Shown: positions 57,960 to 64,000 of the stretch, one piece after another
Numbering within the stretch: position 1 is the first letter of the stretch
Layout: each line of letters begins with the position of its first letter
Assembly: GCA_964632485.1 (NCBI GenBank)
Contig: CAZWDO010000003.1
Coordinates: 218,204 to 282,203 of the forward strand
Source of the DNA: an uncultured bacterium
Lineage (GTDB): Bacteria > JAGOEH01
Direction of reading: 5' to 3'
DNA: 64,000 nucleotides
Program-made: the position numbers and the translations under genes
The notes under the pieces: model-generated
The model's database searches: none
The model's input: the letters and a program-made list of their open reading frames with translations, nothing else
Told to the model about the DNA's origin: nothing

Positions 57960-60164
57960 ATGAAAAAATTTAATCGAGAATTTTTAGAAACATTTTTTAA
58001 ATTGTCTGTTCCCATGCCCATCAAATTTAAGGAATTGATTGAATTGCTGAAAGTAACCAAGAATAAAGACCAGCTTGTCCTCGACGGATTGCTGAGTGAG
58101 ATGGTTGCAGATGGCGTATTGACACGGACTAAAGGCCATCGTTTCGCCTATAGCCAATCTATGGGATTGATCATTGGCCAGCTTTCCTGCAACAGCAAAG
58201 GCGCAGGGTATGTCATCCCGGAAGATCCATCAATCGCAGATATATATATCGCCCGCGACCAGATGAATACAGCGATCCACCTGGATCGGGTGATGGTGAA
58301 AATATTGCGTCATCCTCCCAAACAAGCTGCTCAGGGCACAATTACTAAGGTACTCAAACGGACGATCCATACTTTTGTTGGCAGCTACCGAATCCAAAAA
58401 GATTTGGGGATTATGCGCCCCGACGATCCGAAACTTCTTTTTGAGATTATTATCCCTCCCGGAGAAGCGTTGAATGCGGTCGAAGGACAGAAAGTGATCG
58501 CAGAAATTACTGTTTGGGAAACTCCGACACTTAATCCGATTGGGCGGGTATTGGAGATTTTGGGTTTTGCCGATGATCCTGATATTGATGAGAAAATTGT
58601 CTTGCGTGAATTTAATCTAAACACAGAATTTCCTGAAACGGTAGAAGCTGAAGCTCAACGTTGGTTGAACGAATCTTTAGAAGAAGAGTATAAAAACCGG
58701 AAAGACTTACGTCATCTGCGCTGTATGACTATTGATCCGGCCGATGCTAAGGATTTTGACGACGCATTGAGCATTCAACAATTGAAAACCGGTTTTCAAG
58801 TAGGAATACATATTGCCGATGTCAGCCATTATGTGGTTCCCGGCAGCGCCTTGGACGAGGAAGCCTACCGGCGCGCAACTTCTGTGTATTTAGTCAACCA
58901 GGTAGTGCCTATGCTGCCGCATACACTTTCCAGCGATCTTTGTAGTTTACGACCTCATGTCGACCGACTGGCGATGAGTGTGTTGGTCGATATGGACAAT
59001 GATGGGAAGATTGTTAAATCCCAATATTTCCCATCAGTAATCAGAAGTTGCCGTCGTTTTACTTATGAAGAAGTTCAATCATTATTGAATAAAGAAGAGA
59101 ACCCCGATCTCACTGCCGAATTGACTGGGGATTTAGAGGAGTTAGACCGCTTAGCGAAAATATTGCGCCAAAAGCGTCTGGAAAGCGGTAGCCTGGAATT
59201 GAATATTCCCGAAGTGCAAATTATTATGGATGGCAATAAGGTTCGCGATATTTGCGTGAAGAAACGTTTGGATAGCCATCAGTTGGTCGAAGAATGGATG
59301 CTGCTGGCTAATCAATTAGTTGCCCATGCAATGAGTGATAAAAAATTGCCGATTCTCTACCGAGTGCATGATATCCCGGACCTTGAAAAAATTGAACAGC
59401 TCGGTAATATTTTGCGGTCACTGTCTTTACGTACGAATTTGAAAGAATACCGCAATCCAAAATCTTTACAAAAAGTTTTAAAACAAGTAGAAAATACCAA
59501 TTTCGGTTATTTGGTGGAACGAATTTTATTACGTACATTGAAAAAAGCCTGTTATCAAAGTGAAAATATCGGACATTATGCTTTGAATTTTACGTATTAT
59601 ACTCATTTTACTTCCCCTATAAGACGCTATCCTGATTTGTTAGTACATCGCATGGTAAAACAGGCCAAGTTAGTAAAAAAAAGTCAAAAGTATCTTAAAA
59701 CTGTTCATGATTGCATCGTTGCCTGGGGGGAGCATACTTCGGAATTGGAACGTAAGGCCGAAGAAGCCGAACGTCTATCGATTCGTCTGAAACAGATACG
59801 CTTTATGAAAGCTCACGAAGGTGATTTTTTTGATGGAGTTATTTCCGGTGTTACCAGTTTTGGAATTTTCATTGAACTTCCTCATAATTTGGCGGAAGGA
59901 ATGATTCACTTGCGCGAACTGACTGATGATTATTATTTGTTTGATGAGAAATTGATGGCCCTGGTGGGGAAACGACGTCGTAAAATCTATCGATTGGGCG
60001 ACAAGATTAAAGTTCAGGTCGTCAATGTATCGATTGAGAAGAAGCGGATTGATTTTGCCCTGGTAACCGAGAAAAGCAAGCAGGCTCCGGAAAAAAAGGA
60101 GGCAGCTCAGCCTACGGAAATCATTAAGAAGAAGAGACGTAGAAAAAAACATGTAACTCCCTAA
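57960..60164 (+). CDS. rnr: Ribonuclease R
   Basis: RNB catalytic motifs DPADAKDFDDAL and HYALNFTYYTHFTSPIRRYPDLLVHR, plus S1 domain and a basic C-terminal tail. Confidence 0.85.
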   Translation: MKKFNREFLETFFKLSVPMPIKFKELIELLKVTKNKDQLVLDGLLSEMVADGVLTRTKGHRFAYSQSMGLIIGQLSCNSKGAGYVIPEDPSIADIYIARDQMNTAIHLDRVMVKILRHPPKQAAQGTITKVLKRTIHTFVGSYRIQKDLGIMRPDDPKLLFEIIIPPGEALNAVEGQKVIAEITVWETPTLNPIGRVLEILGFADDPDIDEKIVLREFNLNTEFPETVEAEAQRWLNESLEEEYKNRKDLRHLRCMTIDPADAKDFDDALSIQQLKTGFQVGIHIADVSHYVVPGSALDEEAYRRATSVYLVNQVVPMLPHTLSSDLCSLRPHVDRLAMSVLVDMDNDGKIVKSQYFPSVIRSCRRFTYEEVQSLLNKEENPDLTAELTGDLEELDRLAKILRQKRLESGSLELNIPEVQIIMDGNKVRDICVKKRLDSHQLVEEWMLLANQLVAHAMSDKKLPILYRVHDIPDLEKIEQLGNILRSLSLRTNLKEYRNPKSLQKVLKQVENTNFGYLVERILLRTLKKACYQSENIGHYALNFTYYTHFTSPIRRYPDLLVHRMVKQAKLVKKSQKYLKTVHDCIVAWGEHTSELERKAEEAERLSIRLKQIRFMKAHEGDFFDGVISGVTSFGIFIELPHNLAEGMIHLRELTDDYYLFDEKLMALVGKRRRKIYRLGDKIKVQVVNVSIEKKRIDFALVTEKSKQAPEKKEAAQPTEIIKKKRRRKKHVTP

Positions 60165-60309
60165 AAAACAGGAAATCTTGAAGGGATGAATCAGGTGGAT
60201 GCCTCTTTGATAGCGTTGCTGGAAATTCGTTCTCTTAAAACTGTTTTTTAAAATATTTTAAGTGATTTCAATGAACTGATCACGTCAATTAATCCAAAAA
60301 AATGAGACC

Positions 60310-60337
60310 TTGCCATAGCTCTTAAAATGAGTACAAT
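60310..60337 (+). promoter_or_regulatory. Candidate sigma70-type promoter of htpG
   Basis: TTGCCA - 16 bp - TACAAT. Confidence 0.3.
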
Positions 60338-60455
60338 TCTATTGCTTGTGGTTTTTTAAGGCGATTCTGGTTTTTTTTTGGGAACCTGAACAAAATGTTA
60401 TCAGTTAATAATACTACAAAAAAAGTGAACCCATTTAAACAAGGAGATTCTATCT

Positions 60456-62354
60456 ATGAGTGAACAGAAACAGGAATTTGTTTTCCAGACGGAAGTTCAA
60501 AAGGTACTTGATATTTTAATCTATTCGCTTTACACGCATAAGGAAATTTTTTTGCGCGAATTGATTTCCAATGCGGCTGATGCTTTAGATAAACTCAATT
60601 ACCTTTTGTTGACGGATGCCAAAGAACAAATTATCGATAACGATTTGCCGTTGGAAATTCAATTGAGTTTTGATGAGAAGAAGAATATTTTAACAATTGC
60701 CGATACCGGAATCGGTATGACAGAAGCTGAATTGCAGAAGAATCTGGGGACCATTGCTCATTCCGGGTCTTCTGCTTTTTTGCAAGAAGTTGCCAAGGGT
60801 GGGGAGAAACCACTAGATTTAATTGGACAGTTTGGCGTTGGTTTCTATTCTGTATTTATGGTGGCTAAAGAGGTCCGTGTTTATAGTAAATCTTACACAG
60901 GTCAGGATGCTCACGTATGGATTTCTAGTGGGAAAGGAGGGTTTACTGTTGAGAGTACTGAGTTTCAAAAAAAACGGGGTACAAGTATTGAAATTTATTT
61001 AAAGGATGATGAAAAAGAGTTTCTTGAAAAATATCGACTGGAATCAGTGATCAATAAGTATTCAAATTTTGTTAATTTTCCCATTTTTATTCAGGGAGAA
61101 CAGGTCAATAAAATTGCGGCTCTATGGACGCGCAATAAAAACGAAATTACCCAGGAACAATACACCGAATTTTATAAATTTATCGCTCGAGCTGGAACTG
61201 AGTTTTTTACTCATCTGCATCTGAAATTTGATACTCCATTACAATTCAGTTCGATTCTGTTTATACCCAAAGAAAATATGGAAAAATTAGGGTTTATGAA
61301 ATATGAACAGGGTTTGCATCTTTATTGCAAGCGAGTCTTGATTCAAATCGACAACAAAGACCTTCTGCCTCCATATCTGAGATTTATCTATGGCGTTGTT
61401 GATTCCGAAGATTTGAATTTGAATGTGTCCCGTGAGATGATTCAGAATGATCCGATATATCAAAAAATCAAATCAAATTTGACAAAAAAGGCGTTGGATC
61501 AATTGGCGGAAATTGCGAAAACAGATGCAGTGAAATATGCGGAATTTTTCGATAGTTTTGGACGGTTCTTAAAAGAAGGACTCCATCTTGATTTTAGCCA
61601 TCGTGAAAAACTGGTAGAACTACTGCGTTTCCATTCTTCCAAGGGAGAGCAACTGGAAAGCTGGGTATCTCTTGAGGATTATTTGCAGCGCATGGATAGC
61701 GACCAGAAAGAGATTTATTACTTGACCGGTTCCGATCTTAAGTCAATTACCCGCAGTCCCTATTTGGAAATGTTTAAAAAAGCCAATATCGAAGTTCTTT
61801 TTCTTGACGATCCTCTGGATGAATTTGTTTTGGATATGTTGATGAACTATAAAGAGAAAAAATTTAAATCCGTTGAACAAGCGGATCTTGATTTTCTCAA
61901 AGAGACGGCAAAACGGGAGCATAATGAGGAAAATGAACTTACAGACGAAGAAAAAAAAGAAGTTGACAATTTGCTAAATTTTATCAAATTGACCTTGAAA
62001 GATGATGTCGTGGATGTTGTGGATTCGATCCGCTTAGTTGGTTCCCCGGCGTGTCTGGTAAATGCTGATCAGTCGCACAGCAGTCATGTTCAGAAATTAT
62101 TGAAGATGATGAATCCTGAGACAGCGCAAAGCAAGAAAATATTAGAAGTGAACCGCCAGAGTCCGATTATGCTTAATCTAGCGCGCCTTTATGCAAAAGA
62201 TCCGGCATTGCCTCTTCTGAAGGAATTGGTTTTTCAAATCTACCAGAATGCGCAAATTAGCGCGGATGGTATTGTCGAACAGCCGGATAATCTGATTAAA
62301 CGGATGGAGCGAATTATGAGAGAAACTGTTGATTTATTGTTGAACACTAAATAA
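60456..62354 (+). CDS. htpG: Chaperone Hsp90
   Basis: HKEIFLRELISNAADALDK...IGQFGVGFYS are Hsp90 N-domain signatures. Confidence 0.9.
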   Translation: MSEQKQEFVFQTEVQKVLDILIYSLYTHKEIFLRELISNAADALDKLNYLLLTDAKEQIIDNDLPLEIQLSFDEKKNILTIADTGIGMTEAELQKNLGTIAHSGSSAFLQEVAKGGEKPLDLIGQFGVGFYSVFMVAKEVRVYSKSYTGQDAHVWISSGKGGFTVESTEFQKKRGTSIEIYLKDDEKEFLEKYRLESVINKYSNFVNFPIFIQGEQVNKIAALWTRNKNEITQEQYTEFYKFIARAGTEFFTHLHLKFDTPLQFSSILFIPKENMEKLGFMKYEQGLHLYCKRVLIQIDNKDLLPPYLRFIYGVVDSEDLNLNVSREMIQNDPIYQKIKSNLTKKALDQLAEIAKTDAVKYAEFFDSFGRFLKEGLHLDFSHREKLVELLRFHSSKGEQLESWVSLEDYLQRMDSDQKEIYYLTGSDLKSITRSPYLEMFKKANIEVLFLDDPLDEFVLDMLMNYKEKKFKSVEQADLDFLKETAKREHNEENELTDEEKKEVDNLLNFIKLTLKDDVVDVVDSIRLVGSPACLVNADQSHSSHVQKLLKMMNPETAQSKKILEVNRQSPIMLNLARLYAKDPALPLLKELVFQIYQNAQISADGIVEQPDNLIKRMERIMRETVDLLLNTK

Positions 62355-62368
62355 AAATGATTGAACGA

Positions 62369-62402
62369 AGCCTGATCGCTAAGGAGTGATCAGGCTTGTT
62401 TT
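62369..62402. terminator. Bidirectional rho-independent terminator between the convergent htpG gene and the minus-strand gene
   Basis: AGCCTGATC gctaaggagt GATCAGGCT followed by tgtttt. Confidence 0.55.
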
Positions 62403-62408
62403 GGAGAG

Positions 62409-63581
62409 TCAGGGTTTGAGGGGATAATCCCATATCCGGTATTTTTTATAAGTTTCCCCCCCGATTTTATTGATTGCTTTGTTAATGGCTGTATTGTCCT
62501 CTAATTCCCACGAAAGCTCACCATGCCGAATTCCTAGTTTTTTGCCGTTAATAAAGGGAATGACGTAGAGGAAAATATCAAAACCCAGGTGCCGGTATTC
62601 CGGTAAAAGCCCGGCGATCAACATTCGGGCCCATTCGAATTTGGGTTTGGGTTTGAGGTATATGCGCCAGCCAATGGTGATTAATTGCAGAATTGATTGG
62701 ATAAAAAGCGGCCATCGATCAAATTTTCGAAGTCGATGGGTTACTTCATTGATATTGTACAGGGTCCCGGTGACGCCTACGGGTTGACCTTCATATTCAA
62801 TAAAAAGAATCAGTTCCGGTTCCGTGATCATCAATAAATTTTTTGCCATTTTTTCGATTTCGTGGTCGGTAATAGGTACATATCCCCAGTTATCTTTCCA
62901 GGCGCTGCGGTAAATTCGGCTGATATGCTGGACTTCTTCCAGGCTTTTTCTTTTATTGAAGGGGCGGATAACCAAGCCCAGGGGTTCATATTTTTTGCGA
63001 ATACGTTCCGAAAGTTTTTGCATGGTTTCCGGTATCGATTTCTGAACATCCAAATAAAACGCGATTAAATCCTTGCTTTTTATCATACCAAAAGTTTCGC
63101 AATGTCGGATATAATAGGGCGGGTTGTAGGACATCATGATGATGGGGCTTTTATCGAATCCTTCGATGAGCATCCCGCATTCATCATTGGTACCGAAGCT
63201 CATAGGCCCCCGCATATTATCCATTCCTCTTTGGATCAGCCAATTTTTTACAGCTCCAAATAATTGGTGGGCGACTTCAATATCGTCAATGGCTTCATAG
63301 AATCCCCAAAATCCTGTTTTTTCGTCATGATAGCGATTGTGTTCATGATCGATAATGGCTGCGATTCTACCGACAACTTCCTCGCCGCGATATGCCAGGA
63401 AATAGTTAACATCGGCATGTTCGAAAAAAGGATTTTTATGTGGGTTTAGACGATCCTTCATATCCATGATAATGGGAGGGCACCAGGCTAAATCGCACTG
63501 GTATATTTTCCAGGGAAGTTTGAGGAATCGTTGTTGATTGTGCTGAGTAGCCACTGTTTGGATTGTGATTGTTGGATTCAT
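62409..63581 (-). CDS. Hypothetical protein (390 aa), possibly a GNAT-fold acyltransferase-like protein
   Basis: Long ORF, convergent with htpG. No confidently recognised motif. Confidence 0.4.
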   Translation of the reverse strand: MNPTITIQTVATQHNQQRFLKLPWKIYQCDLAWCPPIIMDMKDRLNPHKNPFFEHADVNYFLAYRGEEVVGRIAAIIDHEHNRYHDEKTGFWGFYEAIDDIEVAHQLFGAVKNWLIQRGMDNMRGPMSFGTNDECGMLIEGFDKSPIIMMSYNPPYYIRHCETFGMIKSKDLIAFYLDVQKSIPETMQKLSERIRKKYEPLGLVIRPFNKRKSLEEVQHISRIYRSAWKDNWGYVPITDHEIEKMAKNLLMITEPELILFIEYEGQPVGVTGTLYNINEVTHRLRKFDRWPLFIQSILQLITIGWRIYLKPKPKFEWARMLIAGLLPEYRHLGFDIFLYVIPFINGKKLGIRHGELSWELEDNTAINKAINKIGGETYKKYRIWDYPLKP

Positions 63582-64000
63582 GGCGTCTCCGTTGATTTAT
63601 GAGTTGAAAGAATGTCCAATTGTTCGTTAATCCGTTTTTGCAATAGATGTTTCTGGTTAACCCAGGGTGGAGCAATGAGCAGGTCCCGACTATCTTCGCT
63701 AATACGTTCGATCACCATCTCGTCGGGCAGGAGGTAGATCAGGAGCGCCGCGCGTCGGATATATTCTTCCATGGAAATGGGTATCAGCTTTCCTGACTGG
63801 TGCCATTGCGCAAAGCGAGTATGGCGGACAATGGCTAAAGGGTGGATTTTTATTCCACGGATCTGGCATTCGCGCAAGAGAGTCGCTGTTCGCTTCAGGT
63901 GGTCATCTGTTTCGCCAGGTAACCCAAGGATTAAATGAGCGGATACTCGGATGGCTGGATTTATCGCCATTACTCGATGGCAGGCGTTCCGAAAATCGGA
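63578..64000 (-). CDS. Radical SAM protein, TIGR01212/YhcC-like, C-terminal part (gene continues past the right window edge)
   Basis: The frame stays open upstream of the annotated Met to position 64000. HLILGLPGETDDHLKRTATLL...GIKIHPLAIV is typical of the C-terminal half of the TIGR01212 radical-SAM family. Confidence 0.5.
   Translation of the reverse strand, partial: SDFRNACHRVMAINPAIRVSAHLILGLPGETDDHLKRTATLLRECQIRGIKIHPLAIVRHTRFAQWHQSGKLIPISMEEYIRRAALLIYLLPDEMVIERISEDSRDLLIAPPWVNQKHLLQKRINEQLDILSTHKSTETP

Overview
The window is a 64 kb chromosomal segment with a gene-dense plus strand. T9SS type-A C-terminal sorting domains on four proteins place it in the FCB superphylum, most likely an anaerobic, propionate- or succinate-metabolising lineage (for example Cloacimonetes-, Marinimicrobia- or Bacteroidetes-like). 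The left 10.4 kb is the 3' part of a giant cell-surface protein of more than 3465 aa that runs off the window edge and ends in a T9SS sorting domain. Two more T9SS cargo proteins follow (10665-12326 and 12606-14351). The giant protein's tail and both neighbours share a repeated ~100-aa module. The 12.4-14.9 kb region carries a family of GC-rich hairpin (REP/MITE-like) repeats framed by GTCATTCC...GGAATCC. These repeats bracket a small GIY-YIG nuclease gene and include a 39-bp x3.3 tandem array. A translationally coupled six-gene operon (16811-25289) encodes a secreted caspase-like C14 peptidase with a PEGA domain, a CHASE2 sensor histidine kinase, a sigma54-dependent response regulator, a FecR-like protein, a membrane-anchored protein and a beta-helix T9SS protein. 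It is followed by mtnP, a clear tmRNA gene (tag ANDYSYAMAA) and sbcDC. The right half holds a minus-strand LemA-TPM-TPM operon, znuCB-like metal ABC transport, a U32 peptidase, a GCKR/MurQ-like double-SIS protein and a seven-gene [FeFe]-hydrogenase-like sensory and partner-switching cluster (44974-48977). After that come xseB-ispA, dut, a complete methylmalonyl-CoA mutase/epimerase/decarboxylase cluster, rnr, htpG and a 5'-truncated radical-SAM gene at the right edge. No CRISPR array, rRNA or tRNA genes were seen.
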